Notes: generated by a model not told the origin, from the letters alone. A stretch of 63,426 bases of DNA, filler included, from Saprolegnia diclina VS20 (GCF_000281045.1; 8 parts of 7 records of this genome joined end to end with filler, not necessarily neighbours in it); one strand, 5' to 3'. Numbered from the whole stretch's first letter, positions 10,511-23,685 are shown. A program made the numbers and translations.

Positions 10511-13500
10511 ATGCACCCGGACCTGGAGGCGCACCTCGTCGAGCTCAAGACGCGCCAGCGCAACATGCAAGCGCGATAGCTTGGCCGACGGAGGCTCATG
10601 ATGCGTAGGGTCGCGCGCCGCATTGCCCTCGAGAAGAAGCAGCAGATGCGCGACGCGACGATGGCCGAGTTTAGTGCTGCCTACACGGACATGCTCAAGC
10701 GCAAGCAGCGCCAGATCCAGCAGCATCAAGTGATCGCCAAGAAGCGGAACCACGAGTTCCTCGACAGTCTCCGTGAGTACCAGCGGTCGGTCGCCGAGAG
10801 TCGCCCTACACCGGGTGCGATCGCGCTCGAGAAGGCCAAGGTCGCGTTCGTCGACAAGGTCACCGAGGTCTATCCCGCGTGGCAGGAGGAGCTGCAGCGC
10901 CTCAAGATGCAGCGCTTGCGCCAGCTCGAGCAGGAGAAACACGAGATCGAGTACCGCCGGCTGGTCGCCCAACAGGTCCATCTCTCTCAAGAAGCGAATG
11001 GCTGCCTACTCTTGTCGTCTAGAGCTTTGAGAAGGAGCAGGGACTCGAAGCGCTCTTGCGGCAGACCGTACGTCAACTCGAAAAAAAAGTTTCAAGTTGA
11101 TATTCTGGGCATAGGTCCACGAAATCAACTTGGCAACGAGCGTCGAGCGCAACGAGACGTACGAGCGGCAGCTGTATCGACAGCAAAAGCTCAAGGAGGC
11201 CATGGACCTCGAGCAAGCCATCCGCGAGAGAGCCGAGGACGAGCGCCGGCGCATGGAAGACGATCATTTCAGAACGCTCCTCTCCCCGCAGGCAGATTAC
11301 GGTATCAGAGGGGTCGTCGCCGCTTGCTCATCATGCCCTATTAGAGCACCTCGCGACCAAGTACACGGCCGCCAAGGCGCCGCTACCAGTGCTACCAGAG
11401 CCCGATCTCTTTGCCTCAATTCGCCCGCCAGCGTGCGTATCCATAGCAGCGTGACAGCGTGCATAGCGCCTTTGTGCCAACGTAGGCCTCTCGAGGTGCC
11501 ACCGCCGTCGTTGGCGAGGTGCACAACGCAGGCGATTTCAATTCGTTCATGATCGCGTAGTTCCCCAGTTCTCTCCGACCCCGTGGCTGCTCGACCGACG
11601 CTGGTCGAGCCATCTGCGGCTCTTCTTCCGCCATTGCAACACCATATTGCAATCGCAGCTTCCCGTCCAGAAGAAGCCGCCCCGCTTGTCGAGCGCCCGT
11701 CCCTCGTCGTCGACGAGCCAGCACAAAGTGACACGGACGATCCGATTTTGAACGACTTCTACCGCATGACGCCTGCGGTCGCGTCGCCAAGTGAGCCTGC
11801 ACCAGCACAAGTGCTTGCAAACTCCGAGATGCTGGCGACCAAACCACCGAGTCCAGCGCCTGCCGTCCCAGCCATGGCTTTAGTGGCACCCGTTGTGACA
11901 GCGCATCAACCAACTCAAGTACCTGAAGCGCCGACTGTATCAATACCTGTGGACCCACCGGCATGGACACCGTCGATCGTTGTTGCGGCTGTACCGGAGC
12001 CAACGGAAACTGTCGTGGCGTCGCTGCCACAGGAAGCACCAACGATGCCCGTGCCACTGACAATTACGATGCCACTGGCAAACGAAGACGAGGTGCCACG
12101 TCCGCGGACAGCGAGCCCAGCATCTGTGACGCCCCCGTCACTCCCTGCCACCGAGACGCCCGATGCAACGCTCGCGACAGTCCTCTGCGCTGTGGATCAA
12201 ATCAAGAAGCCCAAGACGCCGTCCCCACAGCACTCGCCACAGTCTCGGCTCAGTGTCTTTTCGGACGCTGGACTCGAGTCGGTAGACCTTGGCGACGCGC
12301 CCGTCGTCACGAGCCACCGACAGTCGTCCCCGACACTGCGCGCCTTCAGTCCCGTCATCGATGTGCTCTCGCTGCCGGTGCCAGACGTTGTCGAAACACT
12401 GCCAGCACTCGAACCAACTGCCGTCGTTCCGAATGCCGAGGCTCTACCTCCGGCGCTGCCAAGTACCGAGCAAGCCCCGAGCCCCGTACCAACTCCAGAG
12501 ACACCAACTGCCGCTAATGACGCCGTGGAAGACGCCACGACACCACCCAAGCCAAGTGAAGGCCTCGAGGCGGCGCCTGTCGTCGTGCCAACTGTCACCG
12601 ACGAGCATCCGAGCGGTAGGACCTTGTGCTCACCGGGATCTGCAAACTCAGTGGTAGAGCCATCTCCTGTGCACGAAACAAGTGCCAAGGCGAAGCAACG
12701 CTCACCGCTCCATCTCGAGCTCGACGACGAAGCTAGCATGGACGATCCACCCATCGAGTCACCTGTCCCAGCGCGAACATCAGCATTTCCAGCCGCCGAG
12801 TCGCCGGTACCCGCGCGGACGTCGGCCTTTCCAGCTGCCGACTCTCCAGAGCCGGTACCAGCTTCCGGGTTTCGTTCTGCCGACGATGGAAGCGTCGATG
12901 AGTTTGAGTTTGAGGCGCCATCCCCGTCCAAGCAAATGGGTACGGCGACGGCCAAGCTGAGTGACGCCGAGCGGCTCTCGCTCCTCACACAGCTGCTGGA
13001 TCGGCTCGAGACAAGCGCTCGAAGTGGCGAGACACACTTTACGTCAAGCCCCGACGCGATTGGCCTCCAGTCCAAGCTAGATCTTGTCAAGTGCGTCTTG
13101 TTCTCTGGATGCACTGAGTCGCGCGTGTTTGTAGAATGGCAACGACCGGGCGCAAGATTAGCATTTTTGGGGCCGACGTGTGTTATGCGCTCCTCCTTGA
13201 AGCACTGCAGGACATTGGCCCATGTACGTTCGCGTTTTTTGAGGGTTTACTAACGGTTAGGATAGACCTCTTTACTGAAGACCTTATGGTCGGTAAAATG
13301 ACGCTTCAGCGACTCACCAAGGCGTACCAGCCCAACCGCAACAAGGAAAAAGGTTGAGATTGTCTGTCGCATCTGACTAGAATTCGATTGGCGTAGACTA
13401 TTGGCGCCTCTTCAACGCGGTCTTGAGCCTCCTCGTGACCGAGCACGTCCTCCCCCCTCTCGACGCCGCCCAGGTCTTCTCGACTGCGTTCCTGACGCAG

Positions 13501-14098
13501 TTACAAAAGGACGACCGTACGGCCCGCAAGGTTTGATGATGCCATGCGATCAGCATGATGGGATTTCTGAGTTTCATCGGGCTAGCTGCGGGAACTGTTG
13601 CTCTCCCTTTGCCCCGAGCCACAAGCAAAGACTACCGACGCCAAGTCCGATACGAAGCCGAACGAAGTGCCTTCTACCGAGCCAGCAGCGATGGACGCAC
13701 CACCCAAGTCGACGCCGGCAGCGGCACCCGTCGTTGGAGCCCCAGCGGTGCTCGGCCTCGCTTTTATGCGGCAAAGCTCACAGACCTCGTCGGGCCGAGA
13801 GCCCGTCTTTGGCCGCGCCAAGGCGTCCCCTATCAAAGGCGCAAGTCTCGGTCAGCGGGTACATAGCATTTTGCCTAGATGTAGGGCTCACCACGTGCAG
13901 GTGCTCCGAGGCGCCAGCTTGCGCGACTACTCGGACTTTGAGGTCGACGACGATGAGATGGAGATTGGTTCGATGGCACCCACTTTGGCCAGTCGGTCCT
14001 CGGGACCCAAGCCTGTCCTGGGGAAGCAGCCGTCCGCAAGACTCTCCGTCTCGAAACCTGCCGCGTCACAAGACGATGATTTTGATGAAAACTTCTAG
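10511..14098 (+). CDS. Multi-exon protein with N-terminal coiled coil (Kizuna-like), long Pro/Thr/Ser-rich disordered middle and acidic C-terminus (DDDFDENF)
   Basis: ORF pieces 10598..11344, 11130..11552, 11583..13253, 13136..13357 and 13598..14098 can be joined by short introns; N-terminus RIALEKK...AKKRNHEFL resembles the Kizuna N-terminal region (recognised by eye). Confidence 0.6.
12756..12848 (+). repeat. Intragenic 42-bp (14-aa) tandem duplication, ESPVPARTSAFPAA x2
   Basis: Visible in the translation of ORF 11583..13253; the copies differ at synonymous positions. Confidence 0.85.
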
Positions 14099-14334
14099 TC
14101 GCGCTTTGTACTACATAAGGAAAACGCAGTCATTCGCGTGGTCGTACAAATGTCGCCGCAAGGACTCGTCGTTGTTGCGGCGTCCTTTATTCTACATGTA
14201 TGTTCGCAGTGAGCCGTTCAAGAAACAATGTGCTTGGAGCCAAGTGCAAAATGACGTGGCACGCTCGGAATGCATGGCACCGGATGTCCCAGCCTCTGCG
14301 CGTTGATTGGTCGGCGAGCGATGGGCAGTTGGGA

Positions 14335-15807
14335 ATGGCTATCACGACGGGCGAGGGTCTCCGGGAGGCGATGGGCGCCGAAGCGATCGCGCCGGGCGTC
14401 ATCCTGCAAGGTCAGCTCATCCGCAAGCGCGCCGTCTCGTACGCCTCTTCTGCATGTATTCTTGGATGAAGGTTGACCTCTCGCTCCACGACCGCTAGGA
14501 AAGGTCTCCTCTTTGGTGACATTGAGCTCGCCGACAAAGGTACTGGGCTGCATTGCGCGCCATGTAGCTCAAGTGATGCGCAGAGCTCGTACAGATGATG
14601 GCGCACTCGGGCGAGGCGCCGTGGACGAAAGCGACGATCGTGCAGCTCAACTGGGACCTGCACATCGGCGACATCATCCAAGTGACGGGCGAGGCGCGCC
14701 GCGAGGCGTCGAACGGCGACCGTATCCTTGTCGCGATTCAGAGCTATTCCGTGGTGGCGAGCTGGGACGTACTGCATCCTGGTACTCGTCCTCGGATTTT
14801 TTTTCACATTTTCGACCAATTTCCAAGTTCAATTTTAATTGCTGCTGCTAGGCGCGCCCTTTGAGTATGGTGCGAGCAGCCATATTGTACCAGCGCCGCT
14901 CGCAACCAAGCAGAGCTACGACAACATGATCCAGCTCGCCGGCCAGAATGCATGCAAATTTTATTTCAGCAATGCCACGTGCGACCGCGGTGACGGCTGC
15001 CATTTTTACCACGGGTACACGCGTAGTCGTCACCACGCCCGTCGTCGTTCAAATAAGAACGTAGACCGATCGACAAGTACGCCGAGCTTCGCGCCGAGTG
15101 GCTCGAGAAGCGGGCGGCGCAAAAGCGGGCACTGGCCATGGTTGACGGGGACCCGAACGACCCGCATTCGAAGGCGCTCAAGAGCCATCGCGCGGCGCTC
15201 TTCACCGAGTGGCTCGTCGCAACTTTTGGCGCGTCGACCCTTGGCGCGGGCACTGGCGTGCTCGACGTGGCCGGTGGCAAAGGCGACATCTCGTTCGAGC
15301 TCGTATGCAAGCGCGACCTTCCAGCAACGCTCATCGACCCGGTACCCGACACCACATTTGCTTTGAGCTGACAGCGGCGTAGCGGGTCGTCAAGCAGCGC
15401 AAGGCGCACCTCAAGTACATGGCAGCACATCAGAAAGCAAAGTGGTCCCATGTACGCTCGTATGTAGTGTGGTTGCATCTTGAGCACGAACTTAGATTCT
15501 CGCCGAGCTCAACGACGCGCTGGTCGTCACACACGCGTCACTGTTTCGCGACTGCGCGGCCCTCGTTGGCATGCACCCGGACGAAGCGACCGAGCCGATC
15601 GTCGACATGGCACTGCGTCTCAACAAGCCATTTGCCGTTGTGCCATGCTGCGTCATGAGCCGACTCTTCCCAAATCGCGAGTGCAACAATGGCAAAGTCG
15701 CGACCTACGACGAGTTTGTTGCATACCTCAAGGCCAAGGACCCGCGCATCCACTCGACATTTCTCCCCTTTGCAGGCAAAAACCAAGTCGTCTACATGCT
15801 GCCGTAA
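14335..15807 (+). CDS. Multi-exon putative RNA methyltransferase: OB-fold-like N-terminus, CCCH zinc finger, class I SAM-methyltransferase domain
   Basis: CKFYFSNATCDRGDGCHFYH (CCCH); VLDVAGGKGDISFEL (SAM motif I); GMHPDEATEPIVD...FAVVPCC; LHIGDIIQVTG (OB-like). Confidence 0.7.
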
Positions 15808-16218
15808 GGCTCAAGAACTAATAACACCCGCCAGCATAATGTGTTTGGTCGAGTCCGTTGCCGTTGATTGGCTGGTCGTCATTGCGATACTCGTGCGTGA
15901 GCACCCAGGAGGAAGTCCTCGCCCCCAACCGCGTGCGACGACGCAACGCTAGGACGCAAGACCCTTGCGTCATGAGAGCGTCGTTACCCCAGCATAAAGC
16001 AGCTACGTTTAGCACCTTCGACGAGCAGGCTCCGAGTGCTCGTTGCACGGTGCGATCAGTGGCACCCGTTTCAACATGACGTGGCAGCGCCAAAAAAAGA
16101 TTGCATATTGCTGCGATGTGATTGGCTATTACGGTTCTTTTTGGCCAATCATATGCGTATGGAGTAGGGATTGGCTGTTGGGCGCTGGGGTATATGGCTT
16201 GAAGCGCAGTTTGAGACC

Positions 16219-16818
16219 ATGGGCAACAACAAGAAGGGGGCGGCCAAGTCGTCGGCGACCAAGCGCAAGGCGCCGGCCAACAACAAGGACCCGGGGCTCA
16301 AGAAGAAGGCCAAGAAGGACGCCAAGCCCGCGGCCAAGAAGGGCAAGAAGGGCGGCGCCAAGAAGAAGGCGGTGCCCGAGGCCGCACCGGTCGAAGAGGA
16401 CATCGAGATTGACGATGAAGACATCGAGTTCTTCGAGGTGCGTCATGACCCGCTGCTACATACGATGCTGATGCGTCTACCTAGGCGCACGGCCAGTACT
16501 CATCATTCCTCAACTCGATGGACACCGCCGCCCTCGAGTAGAATGACCATATTTGATCACCGACGTGGCTCACGCAGCAATGAGTAGGAAGTCGACGACG
16601 AAGAAGCAAAAGCAAAAGCCGATGAAGACGCTCGAAGAGATCGAGGCCGCGCCGCGCGCCATGTCGATCATCGAGAAGAAGGCGCCGGTCGACATCTCGA
16701 CCAAGCTGCCCGTCAAGTCGATTGACGGCGTCGTCAAGCCCAACCAGCTCATGCAAGACATTGTGCAAGAAGCGCATGACGCCAAGGAGCGCGCGGCCGA
16801 GGAAGCCGCCGCGGAAGA

Positions 16819-16851
<33 letters not shown>

Positions 16852-19002
16852 GGGTGCTGACGACGAGGGTGCTGACGACGGCGACGACCTCGGCAGCGAC
16901 GTTTCGGACCTCGAGTGCGAAGAGATCACGGACGTGGCCGAGCCCGAGGCCAAGCCGACCAAGTCGATCTCGCCCGAGGAGCTCAAGGCGATGCAGATCC
17001 GCCGCCTCGCGTCCAAGAAGGAAGAGATGGCGGTGCTCTGCGAAGCCATTCTCGAGTCGCCCGAAGACGGACTCAAAAAGTCCAAGGACCACCCAGACAG
17101 CTTTAGCAAGTTTCAACAGCTCCACGCCATGTGCGAAGACACGGACTTGACGCTATGCAAGCTCGCAATGCTCTCGGAGCTCTCGGTGCTTCTGGACATT
17201 CTGCCGGACTACCGCATCCGCCTCCAAGGCGACTCGGACGGTCCGCAAAAGAAAAAGGTCAAGGAAATGAAGGAGTTTGAAGCCTCGATGCTCAACATGT
17301 ACCAAAAATTCCTCAAGTTTCTCGCCGCGACGGCCACCAACCGCCTCCAGAAGCTCAACCCGAACCAGGCGTCGCGCACCTCGGCGCAGGTCGTTGCGTT
17401 TGAGCTGGCCGAGACCGCGGTCAAGTGCATGGCCGAGCTTCTCAAAGTCAAGTTTTCGTTCAACTTCAACCTCAACCTGATTGTCGCCATGGTCCCGTTC
17501 GCCGACTCGCCGTTCATGACGATCCAGCGCCCGACGTGCGAGGCGTTCGAAGCCGTCTTCAAGGTACTGTCGTTATCAACGCTTTCTGGATGTCCTTGCT
17601 AACCTTCATTACCTTAGGCGGACAAGACGGGCGTGGCGCCGCTGGAAATCGTGCGTCAAATGTCCAACTACGTCAAGAAGCGTCACCACCGGTACATGAT
17701 CTCTATCTTATGCACCCGAGGTCTCAAGGGCATACTAGCGTCACGGAACGCATGATCCGCACGCTTCTCGCCATGCCGCTCGACGTGACGATGGAAGCCG
17801 GTGAGATTGCGCGCAAGGTCGCCAAGTCGAGCCGGAAGAAGCGTCGTCGCCTCCAGCAAGACGTACGCTGCACGTCGCCTCGCACACCGAAACCTTACAC
17901 GTCTTGCCCATTAGGGTGACACGATCGTGACGGGGCTGAAGGAGGCCGAGGCCGTCGTCGACAAGTCGGAGCGCGACAAGACGCAGGTACGAAAGCTCCT
18001 CAATGACCATCCAGTGGACGCTCCCATGTGTGTAGGCGGACATTCTGCACGAACTGGTGCTCATTTACTTTCGCATTCTCAAAAACTCGACGTACTCGCC
18101 GGCGATGCCTGCCGTGCTCGAGGTACCCTCCTTTTCTAGTCGTCTTGACATGCTAAGTCGACTAGGGCTTGACGAAATACGCCTACTTGATCAACCTCGA
18201 GATCATGATTGATCTTATGAAGGTGCTCAAGACGCTCTTGCGCGAAGACATTTTGCCGCTCCAGTCGGCGTTCCACGCTGTGCTCACCGGCATCAAGACG
18301 CTCCAGGGCCCCGGCGCGGAGCTCAAGGTCGACGACAAGGAGTTTGTCGACGTGCTCTACAAGCTTCTCTCGCGCTTTGCCGAAGGCGAGAACGTTGCGT
18401 CCTTCCCGACTGCGCTCCAGTGCGTCGAGGCTGTCTTTGTCCGAAGGAAGGAGATCATGGTCGACCGTGTCGCCGCGTTTGTGAAGCGTCTGGCGCTCGT
18501 CTCGACGTACCTTCCGCCGCACCAGATCCTCGCGGTCTCGGCGCTCATTCGCAGCCTCTTCCATCGCTACAACAAGCTGCACCAGCTGCTCGAGAACGAC
18601 CAGGACCGCGTCGCGTCCGGTGTCTACCGCGCCGACGTCAACGACCCGGACTTTAGTAACCCATTTGCGGCCGCGTGCTGGGAGCTGACGCTCTTGGGGC
18701 AGCACTACCACCCGGTCGTCGCGTCCTTCTCGCTCGGCACGGCGGACCTCGCGCCGTCGCTCCCGAACGAGTACCCCAAGGCGCTCCTTGATCGGTACGA
18801 TACGATGGGCACTGGTGAGTTTGCGCCCCGGATCGCGATTCCCAAGCCGAACCCGCTCTTCAACAAGATCGCCCGCCACGAAAAGCAAAAGAAGCAGGCC
18901 AAGCCCGTCTTCATCGCGCCCGTGTACCGCCGCCCGTCGACCTTCTTGACCGCGTGCCTTGAGCTCGACGAGGCCGAGAACACGCTTCAAGCGGCCCCTT
19001 AA
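16219..19002 (+). CDS. NOC3: Nucleolar complex protein 3 homolog (CBF/Mak21 domain), multi-exon
   Basis: Lys-rich then acidic N-terminus; KLPVK; LLDILPDYRIR; C-terminal SGVYRADVNDPDFSNPFAAACWELTLLGQHYHP. Confidence 0.85.
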
Positions 19003-19074
19003 TACCTCATATATTGCTTGCACGTTGTACAAGTGGTCTGAAGATTGCAGCATGCAGTAGACGGACGTGCAGCA

Positions 19075-19575
19075 TCATGCAGCAGCTGGAAAGAGCGGGA
19101 TGGCGCGCTGCTTGGGGCGACAGAGGCCTTGTTGGGGCGGTGCCGCAAGCGCCTCGATCGCCGTGCAGAGCGCCGTCATCTCCGAGGAGACTTGGGGCAG
19201 GACCGCAGACGCAGCGCGGGCTTGGAGTTGGCGGAGCGTTGGCAAGGACGCTGCCAAGTGTGTCGGATCGCCCGCCAGTCGAAAGTGCAGCGCCGTGAGG
19301 TCGCGAAGGACGTCGTCAATGCCAGCTCCGCGATGGACGCTCAGTCGCTCGAGCGTCTGCCATAGGACGCGCCGCACGATTCGCACCAGCGGCTCGCGAG
19401 GTCGGAGCATGCTCAAGGCAGGCGCCATGCTTGGTCGGGTACTCCGTGGGCTCGGCAGCAGCAGCGGGAAGAGGCTGCCGACCGGGTCGCTGGTCGATGG
19501 CGACTTCAGGCAGCGGCGGAAGGCGACCTCCAGAAGCATGAAGAGCGTCATATAGAGCACATGGATCATCTCCAT
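19075..19575 (-). CDS. Hypothetical protein, exon structure uncertain
   Basis: 166-aa Leu/Ala-rich ORF with coding-like codon usage; no motif recognised. Confidence 0.35.
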   Translation of the reverse strand: MEMIHVLYMTLFMLLEVAFRRCLKSPSTSDPVGSLFPLLLPSPRSTRPSMAPALSMLRPREPLVRIVRRVLWQTLERLSVHRGAGIDDVLRDLTALHFRLAGDPTHLAASLPTLRQLQARAASAVLPQVSSEMTALCTAIEALAAPPQQGLCRPKQRAIPLFPAAA

Positions 19576-19976
19576 GCGACCACGTCAGTTCATCACCAAG
19601 GACCTCAAGGAAGAGCATCGACTCGCCTACCCACGGGGTCATGCTTCTCGGTGCTGTGGCAAATTCCAATACCTCTATCCTTGAATAGATTGCACATATA
19701 TTTATACGGGTTGCTGAGAAGGTCTGATTGGCCAAAAATGGTTTGGCCAATGAAAACGACTTTATGATGACCATGCCGCGCATCGCAGCTCCGCGGGCAT
19801 GCATCCTCATGCAGCCCCTGGAGCCAAGGGCGATGCTGCTTGATGGCGTCATCTTTGGCGTCACCTATTGCCTTCTTCCATGAAGCTGTGGGAATTGATG
19901 GAGAAGAGCATACAACGCTGTACATGGCAGAATTATCTTAACTTTTGAAATTTGTGAAAAGTTGGGCCGCATCGAC

Positions 19977-20894
19977 TTAGGCCATGGAGCCATCCTTGGC
20001 GCCCGAGCGCGCGACAACGCAGGCCATGACGAGCACGACGAGCGCCGCGATCGCAAAGATGAGCGCGCCGATCGCAATCTTGTTGGCAAACGACTTGAAG
20101 AGGTCGAGGACCGCCGGGCGGCACTTGGGGTACACGACGTCGGTGGCCGTGTCGTACTTGTTGGTTTCAATATAAGAGAGGCACCACGAGGCGGTCGACG
20201 TCGTGAGCGGGCAGTTGTCCTGGCCCCACTTGTAGAGGTCCGAAAAGTCGACGTCCTCGGTCTTCTTGCACTCGTCGCAGATCGTCTTGAACGTCTTGAC
20301 GTTGAGTTCGACGAGCGAGCCCGCCGCCGTCGAGTTGAGGCTCTTGCAGAGCCCCGAGAGGCCCGTTTGGTCGTTCGCGTTGAGGTTGAGCGCCTTGATG
20401 ATGGGCGTGAGCGCCGACGAAGTCGAGGGCGAAAAGATGGCAATCGCGTCGCCGAGGCTGCCAGCGGCGCAGTAGTGCTGGAGCATGACGCCGCAGTACG
20501 CCGTGTCAAAAGCCTCAGCCACCGACTTTTCAGCGTCCTCGGCCGGGAACTTGGCGTCGCTCCACTTGTTGGCGGTCGACGCACCGGCAAAGCCCGTGAT
20601 CATGATGAGGATGAAGATCGCGAGCGCGACAAACACGAAAAAGCTGTACGTGTAGAGGAGGCACTTCTGGCGCTTGAGCGCGCCCATGAGGCCCATGAAC
20701 GCGATGAGGAGCACGAGCACGCCAAAGGCGAGGATGAGGTTGAACGTGGTCGTCGTCGAGCCGTTGGACGCCGACTCAAAGATGTTGGACCATCCCGACG
20801 ACGTCGACGCGCCGACCCAGATGAGCAGCGCGCCAGCGACGACGAACGCGAGGTTGAGCACGATGAGCGTGACCTTCGAGATGTCGGTGCACAT
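19977..20894 (-). CDS. Tetraspanin-family membrane protein
   Basis: Three N-terminal TM helices (GLMGALKRQKCLL signature), Cys-rich large extracellular loop, one C-terminal TM; ATG at 20894. Confidence 0.85.
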   Translation of the reverse strand: MCTDISKVTLIVLNLAFVVAGALLIWVGASTSSGWSNIFESASNGSTTTTFNLILAFGVLVLLIAFMGLMGALKRQKCLLYTYSFFVFVALAIFILIMITGFAGASTANKWSDAKFPAEDAEKSVAEAFDTAYCGVMLQHYCAAGSLGDAIAIFSPSTSSALTPIIKALNLNANDQTGLSGLCKSLNSTAAGSLVELNVKTFKTICDECKKTEDVDFSDLYKWGQDNCPLTTSTASWCLSYIETNKYDTATDVVYPKCRPAVLDLFKSFANKIAIGALIFAIAALVVLVMACVVARSGAKDGSMA

Positions 20895-22110
20895 AGTGGC
20901 TGGTGGTAGCGAAAAGGCAAACTGAACACGACGGTGCCGAGCGTGCAAATTTTCGAACACAACTGCGCCGGTTGTGATTGGTGGTCGGATTTTTTGCGGA
21001 CGATCTTGGGTCGTATCCGGACATGTATCCACCACCGAAGAAGAGTCCTCACTTTCTAGTCGATGAAGAGAAGGTCTGCGTTCGCTGGTCGTGCGTCGCG
21101 AGGTCGTACCGTATTCTAATGCGTTTGCTCGATGATCTATTCGCTGCGGTATTCCCCGTACGTTCACCTCGGCCGAGCCGACGAACGATTCTCATGACAC
21201 GACGTCTTCCGTTCTATGCAGCCAGTGTTGACGGTGCGTGGCAGAAGCCGCGGTGGGGCCGGAAGAAGCAAGCGCGTTCGGAGAAAATGAAAACGCCCAA
21301 GGATGCAAAGCAAGGACATTGACGTATTCAGCGTGTTCGTGCATACACCAGCGCAAATGGATCGGGCAAGTGACACATTCATTGACAGTCACCCCCAAGA
21401 AACGACGCTCTGATGCTTCCTCTGATAGTGCACATGCGACTAGTACGCGTAAACACAGCACTCGCGAAGTGCTGACCTCAGGAACAAGCTCACGGCGTCC
21501 TTGAGCGACACTGTAAGATTGTATACGGCAGGCGTGCAGTGTGGTCAGACGGGCCACGAGAGCACCTTGTGCATTGTGTTGACATGGGAATCGAAGGAGC
21601 CCCCAACGCCACGGATCGGACCAAGCAGTGCACATCACGGGGTGGGTGCTTCGGTGGCTTCGATGCGTCCTGGTGGCGGCATTCTGGGGGCGTCAGCCAT
21701 TAGCCCCGAATTGATCCAAGATGACGTCACGACAGCACCCCAGTGAAGACCAGAAGAAGGCATTCGACTCACGACCTCGGAACCAAAAATGCCTCGGAAC
21801 CCACCACGGTCATCAGTCGAGATATTAGCAGTTGAGATCGGTTGAGATACGAGCGCGTCAAGATGTTCGTCGACGAGATCGACCAGCTCCTCGACACATC
21901 TCAGAGCTTAGAAGCGAGCATGACGTGCCGGACGCTCCAGTGGCGTGCGGGCAAGAAAGGGCACGAAGCGCAGCTGGATGCTTCAAGCTTTGAGATTGCA
22001 CTATATTCTGATTGGCTGTTGTGAGCCAATCAGCGCAAAGGCCATCTGAGCACATGACCGGCAGCCGGAATGGCAGCCACTTGCGCATCCCCTCTCCAAG
22101 CCGCAGGACA

Positions 22111-23685
22111 ATGGAGTCTGCACCGCTGCTGCACCCGCCGTCCGCGCCGTCCTCAGCCTCGTACACCAAGCCACTGGCACTCGGCCTCGCTGTCGCCTCG
22201 CTCGTGTCAATCGCGCTCCTTGGGTCGTCGGCGTCGCCGCAGGTGCCCCACGCCAACCTCCCCGCGCTTTCGCTGAGCTCGTCGAGTAAGGTGACGCCCG
22301 AGTCGTTCACTGGCGACCTCCGCGACCGCTGCAACGTCTCGTTCTTGGAGCAGAATCTCGACCACTTTACAGCGTCGCATGGCACGTACCAGCAGCGCTA
22401 CTTTGCGTGCGCCGAGCACTGGACGCCGGGCACGGGGCCCATCTTCTTCTACACGGGCAACGAAGGCGACGTCGAAATGTACTTGACGCACACGGGCTTG
22501 ATGTGGGAGAACGCCGCCGACTTTGGCGCCATGCTCGTCTTTGCCGAGCACCGGTACTTTGGCCAGTCGATCCCATTCAACGGGACGTTCTCCAAGGAGA
22601 ACATGCGGTTCCTCTCGGTCGAGCAAGCCCTCGGCGACTACGCAGTCCTTGTCGAGCACGTCAAGGAGGCGTACAACGTCTCGCGGGATAGCGCGCTCAT
22701 CACGTTTGGCGGTTCGTACGGCGGTATGCTCGCCGCGTGGTTCCGCCAAAAGTACCCGTACCTCGTCGACGGCGCGATCGCCGCCTCAGCGCCGCTTCTC
22801 GCGTTCGAAGGCGAGTCCCCGCCGATTGACAACGAAGCTTTTAGCCGTATTGTGACGTTTGGCGCAACGCCCGCGGCCGGCTCGTCGGCCAACTGCGTGC
22901 CCAACATCCGCCAAGCGTCGGCGGCCGTGCGGGCGGCCGCGACGACGCCCGAGGGTCGCCAGAGCCTCAAGAGCGCGCTCCAGCTCTGCTACGCACCGAC
23001 GACGGAGGCCGAGGCCACGTCGCTCGTCGACTTGTTTACGGGTGTCTTTGGCGACCTTGCGATGGGCAACTACCCGTACCCGTCGTCTTACATAGCCGAG
23101 AACCTGCCGGGGTATCCGTACCGTGCGGCGTGCGAGCACTTGGCGCCCGACTTTGCCAACGATACGAGCCGCCTCCTGAATGGGATCAAGGACGCGGCCG
23201 GCGTCCTCTTCAACTCGACGGGCACCTTGCGCTGCTACGACTGGAACGCGACGGCGCCGGTCCAGACGGAGAATTTCTGGTCGTACCTCTGGTGCTCGGA
23301 GATGTACATGCCGTTTGACCAGAACGGCGTCGATGACTTTTTCCCGGTAAGCTTCCACAACGAGACGCGGGACGCGGCCCAGTGCCTCGAGAACTGGGGC
23401 GTCGAGCTGCGCCCGCGCTGGGCCAACACGGTCTTTGGCGGCGTCGACGGCCTCAAGTACTCGTCCAACATTGTGTTTTCGAATGGCAACTACGACCCGT
23501 GGTCGGGCTACGGCGTCTTGGCGTCACTGAGCGACTCGCTCATCGCTGTCGAGATTGACGGCGGCGCACACCACCTCGACCTCATGTTTAGTAACCCGTT
23601 GGACCCAGTCTCGGTCGTCAAGGCGCGCAAGCTCGAGCTGCACCAAATTCGCCGGTGGATCCACGAGAAGAAGGCCAACAAATAA
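22111..23685 (+). CDS. Lysosomal Pro-X carboxypeptidase (serine peptidase family S28)
   Basis: QNLDHF, GPIFFYTGNEG, AEHRYFG, nucleophile GGSYGG, SNGNYDPW, GAHHLDL. Confidence 0.95.
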   Translation: MESAPLLHPPSAPSSASYTKPLALGLAVASLVSIALLGSSASPQVPHANLPALSLSSSSKVTPESFTGDLRDRCNVSFLEQNLDHFTASHGTYQQRYFACAEHWTPGTGPIFFYTGNEGDVEMYLTHTGLMWENAADFGAMLVFAEHRYFGQSIPFNGTFSKENMRFLSVEQALGDYAVLVEHVKEAYNVSRDSALITFGGSYGGMLAAWFRQKYPYLVDGAIAASAPLLAFEGESPPIDNEAFSRIVTFGATPAAGSSANCVPNIRQASAAVRAAATTPEGRQSLKSALQLCYAPTTEAEATSLVDLFTGVFGDLAMGNYPYPSSYIAENLPGYPYRAACEHLAPDFANDTSRLLNGIKDAAGVLFNSTGTLRCYDWNATAPVQTENFWSYLWCSEMYMPFDQNGVDDFFPVSFHNETRDAAQCLENWGVELRPRWANTVFGGVDGLKYSSNIVFSNGNYDPWSGYGVLASLSDSLIAVEIDGGAHHLDLMFSNPLDPVSVVKARKLELHQIRRWIHEKKANK

